Of a stretch of DNA of 64,000 bases, positions 52,487 to 63,997 are shown in pieces. Below the pieces are notes generated by a model, which did not search any database, was not told where the DNA came from, and was given only the letters and a program-made list of their open reading frames with translations. A program made the position numbers and the translations under genes. Every line of letters begins with the position of its first letter. Position 1 is the stretch's first letter. This DNA comes from Eledone cirrhosa (Eukaryota). Location: NCBI GenBank assembly GCA_964016885.1, contig OZ024740.1, forward strand, positions 418,810,001 through 418,874,000. Direction: 5' to 3'.

Positions 52487-54583
52487 ATGGCTACGAAAAA
52501 GAAATTTCATACGTCACTCCCACTCATTCCGTCTTCTTCTTCCTCAATCATCACTACAGCAGAGAGAAGATTGTCTCTCTCCCTCCCTTCTTTAAATGTG
52601 TCTCTCTCCCTCCCTTCTCTTTCGCAAACGACGAAAGAAAAGAAAAGTCTCGTGCAAAGCGTGCAAGGTTTCTCCACGACGACGACGACAGCGACGAAAC
52701 AGGTGTGCGGGAAATACGAAAACCCAGTTCATTCGTCTGACGTCAGGAATAATAGCAGTAGCAGCCGTAATAACAACAGCAACAGTGACAATGAAAACAA
52801 CAGTAGCAGCCGCAACAGCATCACCAGCAGCATAAACAACAACAGCATTAGCAGCAGCAACACCAACAACAACCACAGCAACAGCGGCGGAGGCAGTAGT
52901 CGTAGTACCTGCAGCAACAACAAAAGTACCAGCAGCTCTGACGACAACAACAACAGCAGAGAAAAACCAATCTCATTTGCAGGTATTGCGAAAAACTTGG
53001 AAACAATCCTCATAACAAATGAGGAATTAGAGGAAGCGAAGAAGATGGTGACAAAGAACGGACACCGAGCAATCTGCAAGGCAGCGGAAAAATTTTTCGA
53101 AACCCAAGAGCACTGTACGGTCACGTACCGTACAGTAAGTACAAAATCCCGTAGGGTGGAAAGAGCCACAGAGGCCCAAATACAAAAAGCCTTGGGGTCT
53201 GTGTGGCAGCGGAAAACGCACATCACCCGAGGCAAAAAATATGCCACCGTAGACGTACTTTTTGCCACACCCCAGGAGGCAAAGGCCCAATCAGTAGTGA
53301 CCCTAAGGAGCGAGGAAATGGTGTTGGTGCCCTCCTACTGTGGGCAAAAAATTGTGAGGGTAAAACTGACCCACGTCCCCCCCGGAATGACCCCTTCTTG
53401 GCTGGCCGCGTCTGTCCTCGTCGGAATCGAGGACAAAACAACTGTACTGCAAGTACAGAAAAAAGTAAGAGAAGATTGGGTCGGCTCCTCCATTGAGATG
53501 CTAATCCAAACCAACCAGGAGTGCATCGAAGCTATCCCGGATGTGATAGACTTCGATAACGGCACTCAACTGCCCATAAGTGTTGAGGGCAAACGCCCGA
53601 AATGCTTTCGCTGTGGATCGAAGACTCACCTCAGGGCCTTCTGCAATGAGAAGACCCTGAGAAAGGAGAAAACCCCCCTCCTTCCGAATCCGGCTCCACG
53701 GCTACCAGCAACAGGACAAGCGGCAACCAGGAACGATAGGCCCGTGGCACCCATACCCACTCCACGGAAATCAAAAACAGCAGCAGCAGTGGAAATACTA
53801 ACAACAACAACAGCAATACCAAATGCAGCTGCAACAGAGACTCCAGTGCAAACATCACCAACAACAACAAGTGAAAGAGTGGAGCTGGTACCCCTCCCCG
53901 ACCTCACAGAATCAGACATGGAGTGTGAGGTGGGAGAGAGATGGCAAAAGGTCGTAAGAAGGCACAAACGCAGAAGCAGCGCATCGTCGCCTTTGAAAAG
54001 GGAGGAAAGAAATGAGAAAAGGGTAAAGTCTACTGCAAAGAGACCCACAGCAGCAACAACACCAACACCATCACCACCCACACTAGCGCCACCATCACCA
54101 CCGGCGACAACCCCACCGCCAACAACACCTTCAACACCACCACCACAAGCACCAACATCGCAAACACAACAACAAAACACACACACCCAGCAACAACGAC
54201 AAGAAAATAGCAGAACCACACCCCACCCCCAGAAAAACAAATGCACGGCAATAAATACACACAACAAGAAACTAATGACTTACATAATTGAACACACAGA
54301 CATTTCACAACAGGACTACATAATACCAGCACCAATCAAAACGCCAACTAACATAAGACTGCTAAAAATAGCACAGAAACAATACACAAATATTAAAACG
54401 AAATTCCCCAACGCAGTTGGTGATTTCAGGGACCTAGGAGGAACCATCAATCGAAGAGTATACTCAGACATTCTCTTAGAAGAGCCGACGACCAGCCGAA
54501 GGGACGATTCAACGGTCCCTTCACCAGACGATCAAGTGAAAAGGGATGTAAAAACCATCCCTCCTCTACCAAAAGTACGGTAA
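52487..54583 (+). CDS. LINE ORF1 (Gag-like; CCHC zinc knuckle, Pro/Thr-rich region)
   Basis: ATG at 52487 (MATKKKF); CFRCGSKTHLRAFC knuckle; SFA motif; open for ~698 codons. Confidence 0.88.
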   Translation: MATKKKFHTSLPLIPSSSSSIITTAERRLSLSLPSLNVSLSLPSLSQTTKEKKSLVQSVQGFSTTTTTATKQVCGKYENPVHSSDVRNNSSSSRNNNSNSDNENNSSSRNSITSSINNNSISSSNTNNNHSNSGGGSSRSTCSNNKSTSSSDDNNNSREKPISFAGIAKNLETILITNEELEEAKKMVTKNGHRAICKAAEKFFETQEHCTVTYRTVSTKSRRVERATEAQIQKALGSVWQRKTHITRGKKYATVDVLFATPQEAKAQSVVTLRSEEMVLVPSYCGQKIVRVKLTHVPPGMTPSWLAASVLVGIEDKTTVLQVQKKVREDWVGSSIEMLIQTNQECIEAIPDVIDFDNGTQLPISVEGKRPKCFRCGSKTHLRAFCNEKTLRKEKTPLLPNPAPRLPATGQAATRNDRPVAPIPTPRKSKTAAAVEILTTTTAIPNAAATETPVQTSPTTTSERVELVPLPDLTESDMECEVGERWQKVVRRHKRRSSASSPLKREERNEKRVKSTAKRPTAATTPTPSPPTLAPPSPPATTPPPTTPSTPPPQAPTSQTQQQNTHTQQQRQENSRTTPHPQKNKCTAINTHNKKLMTYIIEHTDISQQDYIIPAPIKTPTNIRLLKIAQKQYTNIKTKFPNAVGDFRDLGGTINRRVYSDILLEEPTTSRRDDSTVPSPDDQVKRDVKTIPPLPKVR

Positions 54584-54617
54584 GTGGTCTTTCCCATCTT
54601 TTCCACTCCTTTTCAAC

Positions 54618-57600
54618 ATGACCTCACTCAGAATAGGCAGCATAAATGCGCGTGGCTTGGGGTCGTCATGGAAGCAGGGTCACCTGCTCAACGACCTCAG
54701 GTCACTAAACATAGATGTAGTGGCCATCAGCGAGACCAGAATCTCCGAAGCACGGGCCTTCGCACCGATCTTCGGCGGCTACGATGTGTACGCATCTCCC
54801 AGCCGTCCTGGATCCGGTGGAGGAGTTGCTGTACTTTTTCGGAGAGGTTTGGATCTCGCCATACGGGCCATCTTCCTGGACCCAGAGGGTAAGCTGGTGG
54901 TGCTGGACGTGACCAGCGGAGACGGGCAAGCTTTCAGGCTAGTGGCCGTCTATGCCCCGACAGGAGCAGGGCGGCCTGATTTCTTCCGGCGTCTGGAGAC
55001 CTTTCTTGGAACGTCCCGCTCTTTAGTGTTAGTGGGCGACTGGAACGGGATCTTAGATGCACGCTGGGACTGTGTGGGATTAGCGGATAGGGGTGGAGGG
55101 TGCAAGAGCCTCACCAACCTGCTCAGGCGTTTTGAACTGTCTGACAGGTACCGATTGGATTTCCCGAATGTGCCAATGTGGACTTGGACAAACCGCATAG
55201 GGTCATCCAGATCATATCTAGATAGAGTATTTTGTAGGGAAATAGATAGGTCTAGCATAGGCTGTCCACAATTCAAGATAGTCAGCTACACGGACCACAA
55301 ATTCGTGATCTGTGTGCTTGACTTAGATAGGCTTCATAGACGAGGACCCGGCTACTGGAAGCTAAACGCGTCCTTACCAGCGCGCAAGGCCTACAGAGAC
55401 CAGATTAGCGAACTAGTTAAGCGGGCGTTGACGGGGGCCATCGTCAACAACAAGTGGTGGTTTGCTCTGAAAAGAGCGATTAGAATAGAATCGATTAGAT
55501 TTAGTAAGGCTTTAGCAATAGAGAAAAATAGAGCAGAGGGAGAACTAGTTAGAAAATTAGACGAGGCGCTTAGCAAAGGCATTGCGACCGACGTGCTTGC
55601 GGCGAAATTGGCCCTTGACCAATTCTTCAATGCAAAGCACGAAGGCTGCGTTGTCAGAGCAAGGGTGCGTGCTCTCAGACACGAGGGGACGAAAGCCGTT
55701 CAATGGGCCCGAGTGGCGGAGGCGCGTCGTGGCAACAAAGCCACGATCCGGTCTTTGGTGGACCACGACGGGCGCATGCTACTCGATCCCGGGCAAATGT
55801 GTGAAGCTTTTCAGCGACACTTCGCTCAGCTGTTCGGGGGCAGCGGTGGGCCGGGTAGAGGGATGGACTTTAGTGTCTACCTCGACGGACTGCCGCGGCT
55901 CTCGGCCACTGAGGCGAAGTGTTGCGAAAAGCCGATAACAGCCGCTGAAGTAAGGGAGGCAATGACTGGCTGCACAAGGGGTAAATCGCCTGGTTTGGAT
56001 GGTCTGCCCTATGAACTTTACGTACAGATGCCAGACTTGTTCGGAGGCCTCTTGGCGGACGTCTACTGCAACTGGCAACAGAACGGGAGAATTCCCAGTT
56101 CTGTGAGCCGAGGAGCGGTGGCACTGCTGAGAAAGGATCCGAACAAGGGGGATAACATAGAAAAGTTCCGGCCCATAACTCTGCTAAACACAGAGTTTAA
56201 GATTTTGGCCAAGGTGCTAGCAAAGAGGTTGGCGCTTGTCGTTGGTGGTCTGGTGGGAGAGGCGCAGACATGCGCCATTCCCGACAGATCCATCCACGAC
56301 AACCTCCACCTCATGCGATACATCGTAGAGAGGGTAGCTAGGGAACCTGGCACGGGTGGGTCCTTGATCAATTTAGATCAGTCGAAAGCTTTCGATAGGG
56401 TCGACCATCGTTACCTAGCGGCAGTCCTGAGAGCGGCTGGCTTTGGGCCCGTCTTCAGAGGCTGGATCGCTGCCATGCACAGCGACATCTGCTCTGTGGT
56501 GAGAGTGAACGGTCACCTGTCGGAACCGTTCAACATCATGCGCTCGGTCCGCCAAGGATGTCCCCTCTCGTCCCTCTTGTACGTATTGACTCTCGAGCCA
56601 TTACTGCACAAACTGGAAACGTTGAGGGGGGTCCCGCGCGAACTAGGATGCGGAAGATCCGTATCAGCATATGCGGACGATGTCACCGTAGTGGTGTCGA
56701 ACGCCAAACACATCGAGGCGATCGGCACTACACTAAGAGAATACGAAGCGGTGACAGGAGCAATGATCAACCAGGAAAAGTCAGTGGGCCTGCAGCTCGG
56801 CACCTGGAGAGGCAGGTCCATGCCGTCCAACAGCGTCGTCGGACGCTGGACGGACGGACCGGTTAAATTGCTAGGGGTCTGGTTCGGTCCGGACCTCCAG
56901 ACGGACAAAAACTGGGACGAGGTGATGAGCAGGGTGGCTTCTCTCACCCAGAAATGGGCCGAGAGGAAGCTATCCCTGAAAGGTCGAGCGGAGGTGGCTA
57001 ACGCGTACATCGCGTCCGTCATCTGCTACCGCCTGACCGTCGTACCTTGTCCTAAGCCTCGCCTGACTGTGCTGGAGCGTTTGCTCTTTCGCTTTTTGTG
57101 GAAGGGACGCGCTCCGATGGTCAGGCGGTCCATCTGTTGTCAACACCCGCTACGTGGAGGGCTGGGCATGCCGTGGCTGATGATGCGCAGGCACGCGCTC
57201 AGGCTACGACATCTCCACCTTTTCCTCGACGGTGATCAGGTGTGGTCGCCGTTTGCTAGACGCGTGTTTCCCCAGCTCGTTTCCTTGACGGAGCTGCAGT
57301 CCTGGGTCAAGCGAAGACCGAGAGGGAGCGCCTGGAGTCTGGAATGTCTTCAGGCGCTCACAGCCCTCGACCAATCGGGCAATGTGATCGGTGGAAACTC
57401 CACCTCGGCGTTCTATAGAGGATTAGTGGAGGGGAAGAGCGACGACGTACTTGGGGAAACTCTAGGCGTCGACGAAAATCAACTAGCCAATCTCTTCGGA
57501 AGAACTTTCGGGCCAGGGCCTATGGACAACTTCCAGAAATCTCTGGCCTGGCAGTGCTACCGAGGAGCCTTGCCAGTTCGGGATAAACTCTACAGGCATG

Positions 57601-58037
57601 GAGGTGCCGTCAGCCGGGCATGTCCGAGATGCGCGCAGGGCGACGAAACCGTCCTGCACGCACTCGTCCAGTGTCCGAAAATTGCTGACTTGTGGGTTTA
57701 TGTCGAACACCTGCTGTCGCGTTTAGGACGGATCCGGCTATCATCTGAGTCCATCGTGAGGATTGCCCCGCCCTCCTCCTTTAGCCGGGAAGGGCAGGCA
57801 GTTTTTATCTGCCTGGTGGCCATGGCGAAAGAGATAGTATGGTGGACACGTTTGAAAGGGCTGAAGACGAGCACTTACCTCTTCGGTGATGCTCTGATTG
57901 ACTTTTTCAAATTTCATTTGAAAAGGAAAATCAGAGTAGAGAGGGAAGTGCTCTCTTCCCAGCATTTTGTTGAAAGATGGGTGAGAGAAGCAAGAATGGC
58001 CCGAGTGAATGGGCCTACTCTGAGCATATATCTGTAA
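54618..58037 (+). CDS. LINE ORF2: APE endonuclease, reverse transcriptase, C-terminal CCHC
   Basis: INARG, ISETR, VYAP, VGDWN, YLDR, TDH; KSPGLDG, RPITLLN, LDQSKAFDRVDH, VRQGCPLS, YADD; CPRCAQGDETVLHALVQC. Confidence 0.97.
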   Translation: MTSLRIGSINARGLGSSWKQGHLLNDLRSLNIDVVAISETRISEARAFAPIFGGYDVYASPSRPGSGGGVAVLFRRGLDLAIRAIFLDPEGKLVVLDVTSGDGQAFRLVAVYAPTGAGRPDFFRRLETFLGTSRSLVLVGDWNGILDARWDCVGLADRGGGCKSLTNLLRRFELSDRYRLDFPNVPMWTWTNRIGSSRSYLDRVFCREIDRSSIGCPQFKIVSYTDHKFVICVLDLDRLHRRGPGYWKLNASLPARKAYRDQISELVKRALTGAIVNNKWWFALKRAIRIESIRFSKALAIEKNRAEGELVRKLDEALSKGIATDVLAAKLALDQFFNAKHEGCVVRARVRALRHEGTKAVQWARVAEARRGNKATIRSLVDHDGRMLLDPGQMCEAFQRHFAQLFGGSGGPGRGMDFSVYLDGLPRLSATEAKCCEKPITAAEVREAMTGCTRGKSPGLDGLPYELYVQMPDLFGGLLADVYCNWQQNGRIPSSVSRGAVALLRKDPNKGDNIEKFRPITLLNTEFKILAKVLAKRLALVVGGLVGEAQTCAIPDRSIHDNLHLMRYIVERVAREPGTGGSLINLDQSKAFDRVDHRYLAAVLRAAGFGPVFRGWIAAMHSDICSVVRVNGHLSEPFNIMRSVRQGCPLSSLLYVLTLEPLLHKLETLRGVPRELGCGRSVSAYADDVTVVVSNAKHIEAIGTTLREYEAVTGAMINQEKSVGLQLGTWRGRSMPSNSVVGRWTDGPVKLLGVWFGPDLQTDKNWDEVMSRVASLTQKWAERKLSLKGRAEVANAYIASVICYRLTVVPCPKPRLTVLERLLFRFLWKGRAPMVRRSICCQHPLRGGLGMPWLMMRRHALRLRHLHLFLDGDQVWSPFARRVFPQLVSLTELQSWVKRRPRGSAWSLECLQALTALDQSGNVIGGNSTSAFYRGLVEGKSDDVLGETLGVDENQLANLFGRTFGPGPMDNFQKSLAWQCYRGALPVRDKLYRHGGAVSRACPRCAQGDETVLHALVQCPKIADLWVYVEHLLSRLGRIRLSSESIVRIAPPSSFSREGQAVFICLVAMAKEIVWWTRLKGLKTSTYLFGDALIDFFKFHLKRKIRVEREVLSSQHFVERWVREARMARVNGPTLSIYL

Positions 58038-58284
58038 ATTAAAGGTGGAAAACTGGGAGAGGGCACTTGCCTTGGTAGTCAGGGTCATTGTGGCTTTTTA
58101 CTGGGCTTTCTCCACAAATGTCCCTCCGAAGTCTCCCCCCTATTGGGGAATTTTTCATTGTTATTTTTGTTACATCCTCTGTTTTTGTTTTTTACACGCA
58201 GAAATGCCCATTTGTACCGTCCTGCATTGTCCTGCACTGTCCTTAATGTCTACTTTATGTAAACCCTTGTGGTTAATAAAGAAA

Positions 58285-58339
<55 letters not shown>

Positions 58340-58543
58340 CCTACGTAGTAAATCGTATCATCGTGAGCTCCGCAAAGGTTTGTTATTTCCGTTTGTTAAA
58401 AATTACCATTTATGGAAAATTTTATTGTTAACTGTTTATAAGCACACATACATTGTTTTCCGAAAAGGACACCCAAAAAGATTGGGGCCTTGTGCCCAAA
58501 ATTTTAACTTTTATTATTATCAAAAAATTTCTTTAAAAAAAAA

Positions 58544-60542
58544 ATGGCTAATTCACCTCTGCACGAAGCAGCTGAAAGCCTTCCTCACAAAATAACACCT
58601 CACACCGACACCACCATTGTAAATGTTACTACGTTTGCCAACACAAAAAAAAATATAAGCAGTAGCAATATTTTAAATTTGTCTCAGGCAGACATTCATT
58701 TCCCGCCATTACCAATGACTGCAGGTATTAAAGCCTCCACCACCACCACCACCGCGACAACCCCCCCCCCCCACCACCACCACCGCGACAACAGAAACAA
58801 AAGAAGAAAAAAATAAATTAACTCTTGATGTCGAAATGAAATCAAGCAAAATGGACTCTTCCCCACCAAAGACGACTGACGTCACCACCACCACAACTGA
58901 AACTAAAATTAATATTAACACAAATAACGATAGCAACAACAACAACAATGACATTATAAAACCGACTCTCAGTTTCGCCATAGTAGCAAAACAGTTCGAA
59001 GCATTTACGGTAACTCAGGAGGATTTAGAAAATGCCAAACAAATGGTAAAGAAAGATGGGTACAGGGTCAGCCCCCCCCCCCCACCTAATAAAATGGAGC
59101 ATCGGCGCCTATGCACCGTGTCGTATAGAACAATAAATGTAAAATCGCGCCGAGTGGAACGGGCATCCGAGTCCCAAATCCAAAAAGCTTTGGGACATGT
59201 GTGGGCAAGAAAAACCCACATCAGACGTGGGCAAAAGTATGGAACCGTGGACGTGTTCTTTGAAACACCAGAGGAGGCTAGAGAACACTCCATGGCCCCA
59301 TTAAGAAGTGACGACTTCACACTCGTCCCAAGCTATTGTGGCCAGAGACTCGTAAAGATCAGGGTGACCCACGTTCCACCGGCCATCGAAATTCCCTGGC
59401 TAATAGCGGCCGTCCTCGCCGGCATCGAAGACAACACAAAAATAATAACAATAGCAAAAGAAAAGCAGGAGAACTGGTCCGGATCTGGGATGGAGCTCCT
59501 GATCCAAGCGGACCAAAAAAGCATTGAGGAGATCCCAGAGGTAATAGACCTCACTGACGGCAGCCACCTCACGGTAATTGTCGAGGGCAGAAGACCTAGG
59601 TGTGTCGTTTGTGGTGAAGGAACCCACCTAAGGGCTTTCTGCCCTCAGGCTAAAAGGTTGAGGCCACCTCTCCTACCCACCCCAGTGACACAACCATCAA
59701 CACCACGAGTAGCAGAGATGGAAGCAACAACTGTAGCAGCAACAACAGAAGCAACTATAACAGCAACAACCCCAGCAACAGTAGCAAAACCAACACCACC
59801 ACCACCACCAGCAAAACCAACACCACCACCACCCAACACTTCAGAACTAGCACCAGCGCCTACACCATCCACCACGCCACAACCAAAACTAACGCCTGTG
59901 GAGGATTTTCCACTCCCCGGCCTATCACAACTGGAGACAGATTGTGACGACGAGGAGTGGGAAACGATATCCGGAAAAAAAAAAAGAAATCAAAAAAGAA
60001 AAAATTCTCTTCCTTCCCCCTCCAAAAACAAAATACAGAGGGAAACAAATAAATTAAGAAACAAAAAAGTTAGGACAGATATGCCACCATCCACACCAGC
60101 ATCACCAACCCCATCAACCCAAACACCAACACCATCACCATCATTAACCCCAACACCACCATCACCTACACCACAAAAGTCACCAAAATGCGAAACAGAA
60201 ACAAACCCACAACAAACGCAAACAAAACAAAACAACCAAAACGATACACACTACACAGCATTAAATTTGAACAACAAGCAATTATTACACTACATCCAAC
60301 ACAACACCAGCATCACAGAAAAAGACTACACAACAACCCCAAAATTCACACCACCTCCACACATACAAATCACTCGCATCACACAGAAAACGTACATGAC
60401 ACTAAAACAAAAATTCCCCAAAGACATCGGAGACTTCCGACAAGCACTCTCCAGGAGGATTTATAAGGACATCCTTCCTGAGGAGGCCACAAGCAGTGAA
60501 AAGGATGGAAAAACCGTCCTTCCCCTACGAGAAGTAAGGTAA
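58544..60542 (+). pseudogene. Copy 2 ORF1, with a frameshift probably at the C-run near 58761-58772
   Basis: MANSPL... (58544) and 58836-60542 are in different frames; CVVCGEGTHLRAFC knuckle. Confidence 0.8.
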
Positions 60543-60576
60543 GTGGTCTTTCCCATCTTTTCCACTCCTTTTCAAC

Positions 60577-63500
60577 ATGACCTCACTCAGAATAGGCAGC
60601 ATAAATGCGCGTGGCTTGGGGTCGTCATGGAAGCAGGGCCACCTGCTCAACGACCTCAGGTCACTAAACATAGATGTAGTGGCCATCAGCGAGACCAGAA
60701 TCTCCGAAGCACAGGCTTTCGCACCGATCTTCGGCGGCTACGATGTGTACGCATCTCCCAGCCGTCCGGGATCGGGGGGAGGAGTTGCTGTGCTTTTTCG
60801 GAGAGGTTTGGATCTTGCCATACGGGCCATCTTCCTGGACCCAGAAGGTAAGTTGGTGGTGCTGGACGTGACCAGCGGAGACGGCCAAGCTTTCAGGTTA
60901 GTGGCTGTCTATGCCCCGACAGGAGCAGGGCGGCCTGATTTCTTCCGGCGTCTGGAGACCTTTCTTGGAACGTCCCGCTCTTTAGTGTTAGTGGGCGACT
61001 GGAACGGGATCTTAGATGCACGCTGGGATTGTGTGGGATTAGTGGATAGGGAAGGAGGGTGCAAGAGTCTCACCAACCTGCTCAGACGTTTTGAACTGTC
61101 TGACAGGTACCGAATGGATTTCTCGAATGTACCAATGTGGACTTGGACAAATCGCATAGGGTCATCCAGATCATATCTAGATAGAGTATTTTGTAGGGAA
61201 ATAGATAGGTCTAGCATAGGCTGTCCACAATTCAAGATAGTCAGCTACACGGACAACAAATTCGTGATCTGTGTGCTTGACTTAGATAGGCTTCATAGAC
61301 GAGGACCCGGCTACTGGAAGCTAAACGCGTCCTTACCAGCGCGCAAGGCCTACAGAGACCGGATTAGCGAACTAGTTAAGCGGGCGTTGACGGGGGCCAT
61401 CGTCAACAACAAGTGGTGGTTTGCTCTGAAAAGAGCAATTAGAATAGAGTCCATTAGGTTTAGTAAGGCTTTAGCAATAGAGAAAAATAGAGCAGAGGGA
61501 GAATTAGTTAGAAAATTAGATGAGGCGCTTAGCAAAGGCATCGCGACCGACGTACTTGCGGCGAAATTGGCCCTTGACCAATTCTTCAATGCAAAGCACG
61601 AAGGCTGCGTTGTCAGAGCTAGGGTGCGTGCTCTCAGACACGAGGGGACGAAAGCCGTTCAATGGGCCCGAGTGGCGGAGGCGCGTCGTGGCAACAAAGC
61701 CACGATCCGGTCTTTGGTGGACCACGACGGGCGCATGCTACTCGATCCCGGGCAAATGTGTGAAGCTTTTCAGCGACACTTCGCTCAATTGTTCGGGGGC
61801 AGTGGCGGGCCGGATCGAGGGATGGACTTTAGTGTCTACCTCGACGGACTGCCGCGGCTTTCGGCCACTGAGGCGGAGTGTTGCGAAAAGCCGATAACAA
61901 CCGCTGAAGTACGGGATGCAATGACTAGTTGCACAAGGGGTAAATCGCCTGGTTTAGATGGTCTGCCCTATGAACTTTACGTACAAATGCCAAACTTGTT
62001 CGGAGGCCTCTTGGCGGACGTCTACTGCAACTGGCAACAGAACGGGAGAATTCCCAGTTCTGTGAGCCGAGGAGCGGTGGCGCTGCTGAGAAAGGATCCG
62101 AACAAGGGGGATAACATAGATAATTTTAGGCCCATAACTCTGCTAAACACAGAGTTCAAGATTTTGGCCAAGGTGCTAGCAAAGAGGTTGGCGCTTGTCG
62201 TTGGTGGTCTGGTGGGAGAGGCACAGACATGCGCCATTCCCGACAGATCCATTCACGACAACCTCCACCTCATGCGATACATCGTAGAGAGGGTAGCTAG
62301 GGAACCTGGCACGGGTGGGTCTTTGATCAATTTAGATCAGTCGAAAGCCTTCGATAGGGTCGACCATCGTTACCTAGCGGCAGTCCTGAGGGCGGCTGGC
62401 TTTGGGCCCGTCTTCAGAGGCTGGATCGCTGCCATGCACAGCGACATCTGCTCTGTAGTGAGAGTGAACGGTCACCTTTCGGAACCGTTCAACATCATGC
62501 GCTCGGTCCGCCAAGGATGTCCCCTCTCGTCCCTATTGTACGTATTGACTCTCGAGCCATTACTGCACAAACTGGAGACGTTGAGGGGGGGTCCCGCGCG
62601 AACTAGGATGCGGAAGATCCGTGTCAGCATATGCCGACGATGTCACCGTAGTGGTGTCGAACGCCAAACACATCGAGGCGATCGGCACTACACTAAGAGA
62701 ATACGAAGCGGTGACAGGAGCAATGATAAACCAGGAAAAGTCAGTGGGCCTGCAGCTCGGCACCTGGAGAGGCAGGTCCATGCCGTCCAACAGCGTCGTC
62801 GGGCGCTGGACGGACGGACCGGTTAAATTGTTAGGGGTCTGGTTCGGTCCAGACCTCCAGACGGACAAAAACTGGGACGAGGTGATGAGCAGGGTGGCTT
62901 CTCTCACCCAGAAATGGGCCGAGAGGAAGCTATCCCTGAAAGGTCGAGAGGAGGTGGCTAACGCGTACATCGCGTCCGTCATCTACTACCGCCTGACCGT
63001 CGTACCTTGTCCTAAGCCCGGCCTGACTTCGCTGGAGCGTTTGCTCTTTCGCTTCTTGTGGAAGGGACGCGCTCCGATGGTCAGGCGGTCCATCTGCTGT
63101 CAACACCCGCTACGTGGAGGGCTGGGCATGCCGTGGCTGATGATGCGCAGACACGCGCTCAGGCTACGACATTTCCACCTCTTCCTCGACGGTGATCAGG
63201 TGTGGTCGCCGTTTGCTAGACACGTTTTTCCCCAGCTCGTCTCCTTGACGGAGCTGCAGTCCTGGGTCAAGCGAAGACCGAGAGGGAGCGCTTGGAGACT
63301 GGAATGTCTTCAGGCGCTCACAGCCCTCGACCAATCGGGCAATGTGATCGGTGGAAACTCCACCTTGGCGTTCTATAGGGGCTTAGTGGAGGGGAAGAGC
63401 GACGACGTACTTGGAGAAACTCTAGGCGTCGACGAAAATCAACTAGCCAATCTCTTCGGAAGGACTTTCGTGCCGGGGCCTATGGACAACTTCCAGAAAT

Positions 63501-63997
63501 CCCTGGCCTGGCAGTGCTACCGGGGTGCTTTGCCAGTTCGGGATAAACTTTACAGGCATGGAGGTGCCGTCAGCCGGGCATGTCCGAGATGCGCACAGGG
63601 CGACGAAACCGTCCTGCACGCACTCGTCCAGTGTCCGAGCATTGCTGACTTGTGGGTTTATGTCGAACACCTGCTGTCACGTGTAGGACGGATCCAGCTA
63701 TCAGCTGAGTCCATCGTGAGGATTGCCCCGCCCTCTTCCTTTAGCCGGGAAGGGCAGGCAGTTTTTATCTGTCTGGTGGCCATGGCGAAAGAGATAGTAT
63801 GGTGGACACGTTTGAAAGGGCTGAAGACGAGCACTTACCTCTTCGGTGATGCCCTGATTAACTTTTTCAAATTTCATCTGAAAAGGAAAATCAGGGTAGA
63901 GAGGGAAGTGCTCTCTTCCCAGCATTTTGTTGAAAGATGGGTGAGAGAAGCAAGTATGGCCCAAATGAATGGGCCTTCTCTGAGTATGTGTCTGTAA
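60577..63997 (+). pseudogene. Copy 2 ORF2, with a +1 G frameshift at ~62585-62591 and TDH->TDN in the APE domain
   Basis: Near-identical to copy 1 ORF2; G7 versus G6 run. Confidence 0.9.

Larger units (their letters stand above)
52273..58286 (+). mobile_element. Full-length, apparently intact Tx1/L1-clade LINE (copy 1)
   Basis: 5'UTR, ORF1, ORF2, and a 3'UTR ending AATAAAGAAATC; (ATT)n on both sides. Confidence 0.95.

Noticed and set aside
52592-63964. Numerous antisense and alternative-frame ORFs over the Tx1 elements
   Set aside because: Expected shadows of GC-rich or low-complexity coding sequence; no recognisable domains.
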